The notes under the pieces: generated by a model | What the model saw: only the letters and a program-made list of their open reading frames with translations | Databases searched by the model: none | Told to the model about the DNA's origin: nothing | Part shown: positions 46,796 to 55,814 of the stretch, one piece after another | Layout: each line of letters begins with the position of its first letter | Numbering within the stretch: position 1 is the first letter of the stretch | Origin: a virus | Direction: 5' to 3' (one strand) | Length of the DNA stretch: 64,000 bases | IMG/VR virus record: IMGVR_UViG_3300042482_000702 | Coordinates: 11,355-75,354 of that record | Position numbers and translations under genes: made by a program

Positions 46796-47743
46796 TTATA
46801 TCAAACCCTTTACAGCATTTCCTAACAATGGTGCTAATAGAGTTGTTATTGGGTCAGACCCTGTTTTAGGTTGTGATGGAGGTGTTGGTTTTATTTCCTG
46901 ACTTTCACCACCAAATTCACTATTAAACAATTCTTTATTTTTTGGGTCACTATTAAATTTCTCAACCTTTTGGTCTATGTCCGTAACCTTTTGTTCCAAC
47001 TCATCCGGACCAACAAAATTATGAATACCTAACATATCTAATAATGCCAAATACCATTTACTCCTTCTCATTAATGACCTTGTCGCCGCATTACCACCAA
47101 TTCTTGGGACACCACCAACAAGTCTATTAAGAAATGATGGTTTTAATGCCTCATAACCTCTGAAAGCCTTAAATTTACCTGTCGCACCCATTTCTTTACT
47201 CGCTTTAGTAAATAATTTTACATATTCTTCCAATAAATTAACGAATCTACTACCTAAATAAGGAACTTTTCCAATGGATGACCTCAATGTTGTTATTAAT
47301 TTTTCACCCCAAGCAGGAGATTTTTCTACCATTTTAGCAATTGGACCACCAACTGATTTGGCTGCACCAGCAACTTTAACAGCATCACCAGTAAGAGTGG
47401 CAGCTTTAAACGCTTTAGCTCCTTCACCACCTAATTTCATAACACCTACAACCGGTTTAGCAATAATATCACCGAAAATAGGTAAAGCCGCAATAAAAGA
47501 TAAAATCGCAAACAATTTATCTCCTTGTCTCCAATAACTAATACCATTAACTAAATCTACAACACCTGTTGGGTCAAATATACCCGCAATATCACCAACG
47601 GTGTTATACCATTTTGATTCTGAAAGTAATTTTGTTTTTTCAGGATAAAGGGTTTTCATCACTTCAACAACAAAAATTTTCTCACCACGAGTTAAACCTT
47701 CCCATTTTTCAGTTAAGTCATTAATTTGATTTAAGTTTTTCAT
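46796..47743 (-). CDS. Gly/Ala/Lys-rich hypothetical protein (315 aa)
   Basis: ORF. Confidence 0.5.
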   Translation of the reverse strand: MKNLNQINDLTEKWEGLTRGEKIFVVEVMKTLYPEKTKLLSESKWYNTVGDIAGIFDPTGVVDLVNGISYWRQGDKLFAILSFIAALPIFGDIIAKPVVGVMKLGGEGAKAFKAATLTGDAVKVAGAAKSVGGPIAKMVEKSPAWGEKLITTLRSSIGKVPYLGSRFVNLLEEYVKLFTKASKEMGATGKFKAFRGYEALKPSFLNRLVGGVPRIGGNAATRSLMRRSKWYLALLDMLGIHNFVGPDELEQKVTDIDQKVEKFNSDPKNKELFNSEFGGESQEIKPTPPSQPKTGSDPITTLLAPLLGNAVKGLI

Positions 47744-47745
47744 AA

Positions 47746-48105
47746 TTAATCTAAACCTAAAAAATGAATACCTTTATCTATAATACTACCTTCTTGAGAT
47801 ACACAATCTTTAAAGATTTGAACATCCGAGTCAGGCATTTTATTTTGTGTTGCAGGACCCCAAACACCATCAACAGGATAAACACCAATTTTTGATTGAT
47901 ATTTACTCAACGCTTGTTTAACACTATCACCCAAAAGTCCATCAACTTTTAATGGTTGGTTTTTATCATCTCTGTGTCCTTTTTTATTTAAAAAACATTG
48001 GATACCCTTTTTTAATTCAGGACTCTCATTTTGTTCAGTAACCAATCCGTATATAGAACGGATGTCACTTCTTTCTTCTTCGGAAATTATAAATCTTTTT
48101 GCCAT
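47746..48105 (-). CDS. peptidoglycan-binding domain protein (119 aa)
   Basis: VDGLLGDSVKQALSKYQ...VDGVWGPAT = PG_binding_1 repeat signature. Confidence 0.5.
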   Translation of the reverse strand: MAKRFIISEEERSDIRSIYGLVTEQNESPELKKGIQCFLNKKGHRDDKNQPLKVDGLLGDSVKQALSKYQSKIGVYPVDGVWGPATQNKMPDSDVQIFKDCVSQEGSIIDKGIHFLGLD

Positions 48106-48148
48106 AATAAATCATTTAGTTATAAATATACAGAAAACAAAAAAGAGG

Positions 48149-49048
48149 TTATAACACCTCTTCTTTTAATTCTAATTTTGTCTGTTTCTTATCATCAATG
48201 AATGCTTGAACTCTTTTCCGAGCAACTTCCGTATAATCCGGAGATAACTCAATCCCCACCCATCGTCTCTCTAAAACTTCTGCCGCTACCGCCGATGTCC
48301 CACTTCCCATAAATGGGTCAAGAACAATATCATCCTTATATGTAAGTATCTTAATCGCCTTTCCCGGTATATCCATACTAAATGTCGCCTTGGTTAAGGA
48401 TTTTGTATCAGCAAAGTATTCCCACCTTCCAAACACCAAGTTCATAAACTCTTTCTTATCTTCATCCTTATAAACCATCTTATTTTTGATAGTTCCATCT
48501 TCCTGAATTACTTTAGTTGGTTCTCCTTCCCATTGTGATTGTCCTTTAAGTAATTTCTTACTTGTTTTCTTATAAGCTAGAATGATACATTCTTTTGGAT
48601 TATAGATGTAAGGACTAGATGCTGACATCCAACTACCCCAAGCTGTTTGTCTCACTCTATGTGGTGAATCTTCGGTAAGGTCAACCATTCCATAAAATTT
48701 AAATCCAACTTCCTTCATCTTCATCCAAAATTCAGCATTGAATAGTATTCTTCCACCTCTTTCCTGAACATTTACTTCTATTGGAACATTGATTGCTATT
48801 CTTCCATCATCCTTTAATACTCTATACGCTTCAGTTAACCATTTTGTTGTAAAATCCCAATACTCGTCCATTGGAATACTATCGTTATAGACATCGTATT
48901 TAATGTTAACCGAATATGGAGGACTAGTCACCACTAAATCAACACAACCTTCAGGAAATGTTCCCATAACCTCAACACACTCACCATTTATAATCTTTCC
49001 TGTCTCTATCATATTACTTTGCGTGGTATTCCCACTCGTTTTCTTCAT
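48149..49048 (-). CDS. DNA methyltransferase, beta class (SPPY motif, likely N4-cytosine or N6-adenine; 299 aa)
   Basis: Motif IV VVTSPPYSV near N-terminus, motif I VLDPFMGSGTSAVAA near C-terminus; no cognate endonuclease nearby. Confidence 0.75.
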   Translation of the reverse strand: MKKTSGNTTQSNMIETGKIINGECVEVMGTFPEGCVDLVVTSPPYSVNIKYDVYNDSIPMDEYWDFTTKWLTEAYRVLKDDGRIAINVPIEVNVQERGGRILFNAEFWMKMKEVGFKFYGMVDLTEDSPHRVRQTAWGSWMSASSPYIYNPKECIILAYKKTSKKLLKGQSQWEGEPTKVIQEDGTIKNKMVYKDEDKKEFMNLVFGRWEYFADTKSLTKATFSMDIPGKAIKILTYKDDIVLDPFMGSGTSAVAAEVLERRWVGIELSPDYTEVARKRVQAFIDDKKQTKLELKEEVL

Positions 49049-49313
49049 TTTTAATTGGTTCTAAACCTTGGTCCAGAAACACAGCATTTTGTTCGCCAGC
49101 ATATAAACCTAATATGTTATAGTCATAGAACTCTTCTGCTTCTCCCATAGTCATTTGGTCTCGTTCTTGCAGAATATCAAGGATTCTCTGTTTTGAGTAT
49201 AGAACTCTATTACCATTCCCAAACTCTTGGACAATTCCAATAATAGCACTTTCTAACCCATTCAATAGAATCGCTCCTTCAGCATATTCGTCAATATCTA
49301 CTAACACTTTCAT
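49014..49313 (-). CDS. hypothetical protein (99 aa)
   Basis: ORF overlapping MTase start. Confidence 0.4.
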   Translation of the reverse strand: MKVLVDIDEYAEGAILLNGLESAIIGIVQEFGNGNRVLYSKQRILDILQERDQMTMGEAEEFYDYNILGLYAGEQNAVFLDQGLEPIKNEENEWEYHAK

Positions 49314-49499
49314 TTACTCTTCTATAAGATTGATATCAGTCGGAATTGAATCCACATCTTCGTAAATACAATCACCCCAATCTTCCTCAAACTCATCCCA
49401 AAATTCATCCGGACTTTCTCTATATTGTTTTAATTCATCATCTGATAGTTCATACTCATAGATGAAATTTGTTGTCTCAATTTTTTGTAATTTTGCCAT
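49314..49499 (-). CDS. very acidic small protein (61 aa)
   Basis: ORF, Asp/Glu/Trp-rich. Confidence 0.35.
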   Translation of the reverse strand: MAKLQKIETTNFIYEYELSDDELKQYRESPDEFWDEFEEDWGDCIYEDVDSIPTDINLIEE

Positions 49500-49526
49500 T
49501 TTTTTATATTTAATTTTGTTTATTTT

Positions 49527-50021
49527 CTAAATTTTCATAAAAATATTAGTGTAATATTTTTTACCATCTAAATTAGGTCTTATTGATATTCCAAAATGAG
49601 TGTAATCCCCAATTACATTTTCTTTATGTGTAGGGCTATTTAACCAACCATTTAAAACTCCTTTAGCTGTGCTATAATTATAAGCCACATTTTCCCCAAC
49701 TCTTTTAGCCCCTAAAGTAGAAACTAAATCTTCTTGTCTACCAACAAAACCATTATGATTAGTAAAATTTCCATTAATCATGTAAGTAGTGTGTTTTTCT
49801 GATATGTAAGAAATATAATTACTTATCTTTAAAGGTATTAATCCTACACTTACTCTATAATCATTAATGATTGACATAGTTTCTAATTCTATAATACTAT
49901 GGTCATATGTTATTTCTTTTTGATTTGAAATTGGTGATGGTTTTTGAGACTTAACACGGGAGTCTATAAAATACTTTCCTACTATAGCAATTATTACGAC
50001 GGCAATTATTACAAATTCCAT
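49527..50021 (-). CDS. membrane-anchored CAP/SCP/PR-1-like domain protein (164 aa)
   Basis: N-terminal TM; GENVAYNYSTAKGVLNGWLNSPTHKENVIGDYTHFG resembles bacterial SCP-like (YkwD) core. Confidence 0.5.
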   Translation of the reverse strand: MEFVIIAVVIIAIVGKYFIDSRVKSQKPSPISNQKEITYDHSIIELETMSIINDYRVSVGLIPLKISNYISYISEKHTTYMINGNFTNHNGFVGRQEDLVSTLGAKRVGENVAYNYSTAKGVLNGWLNSPTHKENVIGDYTHFGISIRPNLDGKKYYTNIFMKI

Positions 50022-50023
50022 AT

Positions 50024-50251
50024 TTAATTTTGTTTATTTTCTAAATTTTCAATTCTACGATTAAGATACCATTGAGCTTTGAGTAAATCCTCCAATTCTT
50101 TCTCCGGATATTTCTTACCCGCCCTTGAGATATATTTCACCGTATTACCCAAATGAAAATCTAAAGACCAATTTTCTATCACCTTAATGGCTTCATATGG
50201 ATTATCTACTCCCCCATAATGCTCGGGGTTTTTTACCATTTCTTTACTCAT
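50024..50251 (-). CDS. DUF3310 family phage protein (75 aa)
   Basis: NPEHYGG...IE......FHLGNTVKYISRAGKK......DLLKAQWYLNRRI pattern of DUF3310. Confidence 0.55.
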   Translation of the reverse strand: MSKEMVKNPEHYGGVDNPYEAIKVIENWSLDFHLGNTVKYISRAGKKYPEKELEDLLKAQWYLNRRIENLENKQN

Positions 50252-50472
50252 AATTTTACTATATAATATTTACCTAATTTTATACTCTTTCTATAACCCT
50301 GTCTAACAGAAAACAATGGTTTTGTTGTTATTTTAAACCCAACCCCACTCTTACCTGAAATAAGATAAAACTGACTTTTAGATTTACCAATTAAGAGGGG
50401 AAAGTTAAATATTTTAATCACTGTTTGACTACAACCACTACCAATATGATATGTTTTTTTAGATAACCACAT
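50248..50472 (-). CDS. hypothetical protein (74 aa)
   Basis: ORF. Confidence 0.3.
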   Translation of the reverse strand: MWLSKKTYHIGSGCSQTVIKIFNFPLLIGKSKSQFYLISGKSGVGFKITTKPLFSVRQGYRKSIKLGKYYIVKL

Positions 50473-50641
50473 AAAACCCTTCTGCTATATTACTTTCTAC
50501 AATAATACCGGATTCTATTAAAAAATCCAGCTCTTTTTTTGTTTCTTCAATATTCTTTTTGAGAATATACTTTGAAATGTAGGTAATGTGGATTGGTTGT
50601 CTTAATTTACCAATCAAATTGTTAATTTGTTTTTCGTCCAT
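50459..50641 (-). CDS. hypothetical protein (60 aa)
   Basis: ORF. Confidence 0.3.
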   Translation of the reverse strand: MDEKQINNLIGKLRQPIHITYISKYILKKNIEETKKELDFLIESGIIVESNIAEGFYVVI

Positions 50642-50822
50642 AATTAAATTTTTCTTTAATTTTATCTTCTGTTAATCCTTTCATATACCATTTATAAACT
50701 TTAGATGATATTTTATCCGACAGAATTAACATATCCGATTTAAACAACAAAGTTAAACCTAAATTATTATTAAAACAATTTTTTACCGATTTTTTATCAA
50801 TTATTTTTTTGTTAAATCCCAT
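50622..50822 (-). CDS. hypothetical protein (66 aa)
   Basis: ORF. Confidence 0.3.
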   Translation of the reverse strand: MGFNKKIIDKKSVKNCFNNNLGLTLLFKSDMLILSDKISSKVYKWYMKGLTEDKIKEKFNYGRKTN

Positions 50823-51592
50823 TAAGACAATAATCTTTTATTTTGTTTTCCACTTTGATTTATATATGCTAATATTTTCCTTTTAAAGATTGGTATTAAT
50901 GTTTCCTCTAATGGAAAAATATCACTACAAAAAACTTCAAATAATGGATGTGATTCTTCATTATTCTTTTCATAAGTTTTAGAAAATTTAGATATAATTT
51001 GGGGAATTGTCAAATCGTCTTGGACTCCTTCATAAACTAATTTTAACGATGTTTTAGTTTGGTTTTTTGTTTTGTAAATTTTTCTTGTAGTATATTGCCA
51101 AATATATAATTTATCCGGTAATTTGTAGTAAAAAAACCCTGACTTGTTTGATAAATTATTTTTGTTTTTTTTCACAACAACATCTATGGAATCATAAACA
51201 ATACTCCAAATAGATTTTGCAAAATTAAAATAGTCGTATAATTGGGGTTGGCTATTTTTTAAAATTTTTCGGTATTCAATTACCTCTTCATCCGCTAGCA
51301 CGGGAATATCTTTAACTTTTAAATCTGAAAAAATTAATTCATCATCTTTTGATGATAATTTTCTATCAATATAAAGTATTTTGTTTTGAGTTAATAAAGT
51401 TTGCATATTACCCAAATGTAATGAAAGCTCAATAAACATTGGGTAAACCTCCATTTTCTCTAGATGTTTATTCATCTTTTGAAAATAGTCTAATAAAACA
51501 TATTGTTTCTGTTCCGCGTCAAGGACACCATCGAATAACCAATCGGTATTCATTATAAATGATGTCTTTTTATTTTTTTGTTTCTTTTCCAT
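50822..51592 (-). CDS. hypothetical protein (256 aa)
   Basis: ORF. Confidence 0.5.
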   Translation of the reverse strand: MEKKQKNKKTSFIMNTDWLFDGVLDAEQKQYVLLDYFQKMNKHLEKMEVYPMFIELSLHLGNMQTLLTQNKILYIDRKLSSKDDELIFSDLKVKDIPVLADEEVIEYRKILKNSQPQLYDYFNFAKSIWSIVYDSIDVVVKKNKNNLSNKSGFFYYKLPDKLYIWQYTTRKIYKTKNQTKTSLKLVYEGVQDDLTIPQIISKFSKTYEKNNEESHPLFEVFCSDIFPLEETLIPIFKRKILAYINQSGKQNKRLLS

Positions 51593-51641
51593 ATATTATT
51601 ATATTAATTATATGAAAATATATTAAAGAAATGAATAGTTT

Positions 51642-53000
51642 TTAATTAACTCTCATAACATAATATCTAGTATTGTTAACAACTACATCATCATATGTAC
51701 CATCGTATCCATTCATCACACCCCAACCATCTTCATCAACTAATCCTTGAGCTAAAGCATCTTTATCAATATAATCCTCAATACTTAATCCAAAATCACT
51801 CATATAAGATGTAATATCATTCTCAACATCTTTTAACATTGAGTCTACCTTATTATCAATCATATCTTGGGATGGTTCCATATCAACCTCAATATTATCT
51901 AATTCTTCTTGAAGATATTCTATGTGGTCTTGTGTTTGTTCATATTCTGTTGAATCCGAATCATCCATAATTATTAATCTTTCTTTATATTCTTCAATTT
52001 CAGATTCAAGTTGTTCTTTCCTTTCTTCTTGTTCTGAGGTTAACTCAAAATCATCATCACTAAAATAGACATCCGGTTCGTTAGCTATATCATTTTCATA
52101 AAAATCTCTAAAATAATCAAGAACCTCATCTTCATTAATATAACCATCAATAAAACCACTTCTAAAACCCTCAACACCCATATCATCAACTAAATTTTTT
52201 GAGTATTCTAATGCCGAAGTTTCCATCTCATCTTCTGTACCAACAGAATATTCTCTACCTTTAAATCCTGGTAGTAAAACCTCAAATTGGGATAAACCAT
52301 AATAACTGTAATTACCAGGGTACATATCATAAACATCCGCAACATCTTCTGTTAACCCATCAATTTCTTCTTGAATTTCCTCAATAGTATTTAATATTTC
52401 AACATTTTCATCGGGGTCACCTTCTCTATCTTTATCTTCATACTGAGCTTCAAGGTCTTCTTTCTTTTTTATTAATACCGATAATTTTTCTTTATCATCC
52501 TCATCTAAAACTTTTACATCACCCTCTTGGTCTAAATATTCTAATAACGCTTGAGCCTTCATACCTAACTCGTCTTCTTTTTCAAGATTCCAATCATCAC
52601 CATTTCTATATTCATTCATGGTTTCTTTCATCTTATTTAACTCCTCCAATTCTCGTCTTTTTTCTCGAGGTGAACCGTAATCACTAATATAACCTTTAAC
52701 TTTCGTATTTGATACATCAGACACACTAGTACGACTAATATCTAAATTTCCGTCAATATATCCAATATTACCCAATGAAGTTGTTGGTGTATTTGCAAGA
52801 TTTAAATCACCGGTTATCCATATTGGTTTTCCACCAAATTTTTTAAGATTCGTGACAGAATTACCGTTGTAACTAGTTAAAACCATTAAGTCCGTATATT
52901 CTTTAGGCGTCATTTTATAATAATCATCCTCAACTTGTTCAACAATTGTTTTAATAAAACGATATAACCCTTCTTCCGTAAGTCTAATTTTTCTACTCAT
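51642..53000 (-). CDS. large acidic hypothetical protein with MSRKIRLTEEGLYRFIK leader (452 aa)
   Basis: Long ORF; Asp/Glu-rich. Confidence 0.55.
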   Translation of the reverse strand: MSRKIRLTEEGLYRFIKTIVEQVEDDYYKMTPKEYTDLMVLTSYNGNSVTNLKKFGGKPIWITGDLNLANTPTTSLGNIGYIDGNLDISRTSVSDVSNTKVKGYISDYGSPREKRRELEELNKMKETMNEYRNGDDWNLEKEDELGMKAQALLEYLDQEGDVKVLDEDDKEKLSVLIKKKEDLEAQYEDKDREGDPDENVEILNTIEEIQEEIDGLTEDVADVYDMYPGNYSYYGLSQFEVLLPGFKGREYSVGTEDEMETSALEYSKNLVDDMGVEGFRSGFIDGYINEDEVLDYFRDFYENDIANEPDVYFSDDDFELTSEQEERKEQLESEIEEYKERLIIMDDSDSTEYEQTQDHIEYLQEELDNIEVDMEPSQDMIDNKVDSMLKDVENDITSYMSDFGLSIEDYIDKDALAQGLVDEDGWGVMNGYDGTYDDVVVNNTRYYVMRVN

Positions 53001-53089
53001 AATAATAAATATGTAAAATTAAAAAAAAATCTTTACATATTACCATTATAACAGATATTTATTGATATAAACATTTAAAAAAATATATC

Positions 53090-53236
53090 ATGGGATGCGG
53101 TTGCAAAGGAAATTCGAATCAAACACAAACAACACAACAAACGAGCCAGTCTCAACCTAAAGCTCCTGAGCCAAAAACTCAGCCTATACAAGAGTCAATT
53201 CGTAAAGTTGTTGAGAAATATTATAATAAAAAATAA
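53090..53236 (+). CDS. small Gln/Thr-rich peptide starting MGCGCKG (48 aa)
   Basis: Short ORF in otherwise empty 340-bp gap. Confidence 0.25.
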   Translation: MGCGCKGNSNQTQTTQQTSQSQPKAPEPKTQPIQESIRKVVEKYYNKK

Positions 53237-53337
53237 TATTTATTGTGTTAAAAATCTGAGGGACTTTATGTCCCTTTTTTTATTTTCTATTTAGAATTAA
53301 TATAATTTTAATTATTAATTGGTATAAGTCTAAAATT

Positions 53338-54162
53338 ATGAAATATATTAACGAAAAATCAAACAGAGGTATTGTGAATTTATTCTCCGATTACCTATTA
53401 AAAGAATTAACTAAAGAAAATAATATTGATGCAGTTATAGAAGTAACCGATTGTGGTAAATTTTTTATTGTTAATGGATTAACTAATTCAAATAAGATAT
53501 TAGATATGACTAAATTAAAATCTTCTTTCTTGGAAGAATATAAAGAACTATTATCTGAATTTGGTTATACACAAATAAATATTATTGATGTAATCACTTA
53601 TGGTCAAGAATTAGTTAAAAAATCTGAATATACTTATAATTTTTATGATTCAGTTAGACCAATATATTCACAATCAATCATTGATTATGTATCGAATGAT
53701 ACTCAAGGATTAAAATACCACTCTATTTCTGATACTAATGGTTTAACCCTTGAATTAGATTATTCTGAAGAGAATACTAAAGATTTAACAACTTTTAATT
53801 ATTCACCTTTAAACATCACATCCGAATTCCCACACGGATATAGTTTAGATATGGGTAGATTAGAATTTTATTATTCAGAATATATTGCCAATCACTTATT
53901 TTGTCATTCAATCACCGATAAAATACAATTCAAATATTCTAACATTAAAAATAATGATGACGATTACATGATTAACATTAATACAACATCTGTCCATAAT
54001 AATGAATCTATCATTTCAATGGTATTAGATGTGTTTGATTTTGATATGTTGAAATTTAAATCTACAATAAAATCATATGATATAATTGGGGACTTAACAA
54101 AACCTTTTGATAAAAAACCTTGGTTAATAAAAGACCGTATAAAAGATTTGGTTATATTTTAA
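53338..54162 (+). CDS. hypothetical protein (274 aa)
   Basis: ORF. Confidence 0.5.
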   Translation: MKYINEKSNRGIVNLFSDYLLKELTKENNIDAVIEVTDCGKFFIVNGLTNSNKILDMTKLKSSFLEEYKELLSEFGYTQINIIDVITYGQELVKKSEYTYNFYDSVRPIYSQSIIDYVSNDTQGLKYHSISDTNGLTLELDYSEENTKDLTTFNYSPLNITSEFPHGYSLDMGRLEFYYSEYIANHLFCHSITDKIQFKYSNIKNNDDDYMININTTSVHNNESIISMVLDVFDFDMLKFKSTIKSYDIIGDLTKPFDKKPWLIKDRIKDLVIF

Positions 54163-54256
54163 CTAATTAGGAAAACAGGTATCTAATTTTACAAAGACAC
54201 CTTTAAGACCAACATCAGTACTGTCAGTATACCCACCATAATTATCCAATATATAA

Positions 54257-55687
54257 TTATTGGATACAAACCACATCTCGATAAGTTGCGATGTCAGCAG
54301 CACCATTAAAAATACCAGCAGCGTTTGCACCAGTTGTTGGTGATAATACAGTAATATTAGTTACAGTATTAACATTATTAACAGATATTATAGGACCCAT
54401 AAATAAAATATTTCCATCAGATAACGCAGAAATTTTATTTGAGGGGAACCATTCATTTGTTGGTTCGTTTCTATATGATGCAAATGTAGTCCAAGTTCCG
54501 TCATTTAAACCAGTAGTTAATACTCTAGCAATACCAGTTTTTGTACCCACCAGAGTTCCCACCTGTGTGAATTTACCCGCAAGAATAACTTTTCCTCCTT
54601 GACCAGGTTGGTCTAACATAGAAGTAATTGGCCCATTGCACTGTGGATACCAACTAGTGTCTAAAACACCAGCAGCACTAAGTCTAACAGGATTTAATCC
54701 TGTAGAATTAAGACTACCTACCCCAGTAAATGAAGTAGTCCCTGTGTAACCAATCATAATTCTATTATTATTGTCTAACTGCATACAGGTTATACTACCT
54801 AAACCATCATTAGTTCTCGGGAAGACTGCGACATTAGAAGATGCAAAACTAGTATCGATTACACCATTTGCAGTAAGCTTTAGGATTCCACCATATGGGT
54901 TAAGAAAATTTCCAGCAACCAATATGCTCTGTTGGTCATTAGGTTGGACTAGAACAATCTTAACTGTCCCATTTACGGAATAAAATCCACTAGAGGCAAA
55001 TGAAGTATCGGTACTTCCATTAACATTTAATCTAGCAACGTATCCAGCACCAGTAGTAGTAGTGGTTGTTACGGTATTGACATACCCACCTAAAATAAGT
55101 TTACCATCTGATTGAGTATCAACTGATAGAATTGTATAAGGGAATGAAGAGGCACCAGAAAAAGTATAATCTTTACTACCATCAGGATTTAACCGAATAA
55201 TTCTCTGTATTGTTACCCCATCGTATGACGTTACAGTACCTACAACAACTATTTTACCATTAGATTGTTTAACAATTGACATTGGACCCGGAACTCCTTC
55301 AGCAGTCGGAAAAACAGACCCAAAATTAAACCCACTCCCAACATTAAAAGTTCTATCAAGACTTAAATTATTCGTTAATTTTACTATACCTACTGAAGAT
55401 GACCCAGAATAATTACTGAAAGTACCAATAATAATAGGACCTTGTGAAAACACTAAACTATAATCTTGGGATGGTGATGTGCTACAAGTACCTAAAGGCA
55501 CCACATACCCTCTAACTATCGAAGATGTAGTAGTATATGTGTATCCTGTCAATAATTGACCTTTAGTTATATTTGATGCTAATAGGATTGGTGTGGTACT
55601 AGTACCAGTATATCCAAATAAGTTAAATGCTGATACGGCGTATGAAGACCCCGAATATTCCGCTTGTAATGTAAATCTAATATCCAT
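54257..55687 (-). CDS. Ser/Thr/Gly/Val-rich beta-rich protein, probable virion fibre/adhesin component (476 aa)
   Basis: Composition and position next to fibre genes. Confidence 0.45.
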   Translation of the reverse strand: MDIRFTLQAEYSGSSYAVSAFNLFGYTGTSTTPILLASNITKGQLLTGYTYTTTSSIVRGYVVPLGTCSTSPSQDYSLVFSQGPIIIGTFSNYSGSSSVGIVKLTNNLSLDRTFNVGSGFNFGSVFPTAEGVPGPMSIVKQSNGKIVVVGTVTSYDGVTIQRIIRLNPDGSKDYTFSGASSFPYTILSVDTQSDGKLILGGYVNTVTTTTTTGAGYVARLNVNGSTDTSFASSGFYSVNGTVKIVLVQPNDQQSILVAGNFLNPYGGILKLTANGVIDTSFASSNVAVFPRTNDGLGSITCMQLDNNNRIMIGYTGTTSFTGVGSLNSTGLNPVRLSAAGVLDTSWYPQCNGPITSMLDQPGQGGKVILAGKFTQVGTLVGTKTGIARVLTTGLNDGTWTTFASYRNEPTNEWFPSNKISALSDGNILFMGPIISVNNVNTVTNITVLSPTTGANAAGIFNGAADIATYRDVVCIQ

Positions 55688-55715
55688 AATTATAAATATT
55701 TGTTATTTGTATAAA

Positions 55716-55757
55716 AGTTTAAGTTTAGTTGTTAATTGTTTAAGTTTAGTTGTTAAT
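55716..55757. repeat. tandem 21-bp repeat GTTTAAGTTTAGTTGTTAATT x2
   Basis: Read directly in intergenic spacer. Confidence 0.5.
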
Positions 55758-55800
55758 TTGAACATCGATTCTATATTCACATGACACCGAACTCATATCC
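55745..55800. repeat. extragenic copy of the 42-bp unit that is tandemly repeated inside gene 55815..58712
   Basis: ACATCGATTCTATATTCACATGACACCGAACTCATATCCTGAA vs intragenic units at 56458-56660. Confidence 0.5.
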
Positions 55801-55814
55801 TGAATATCATATTT

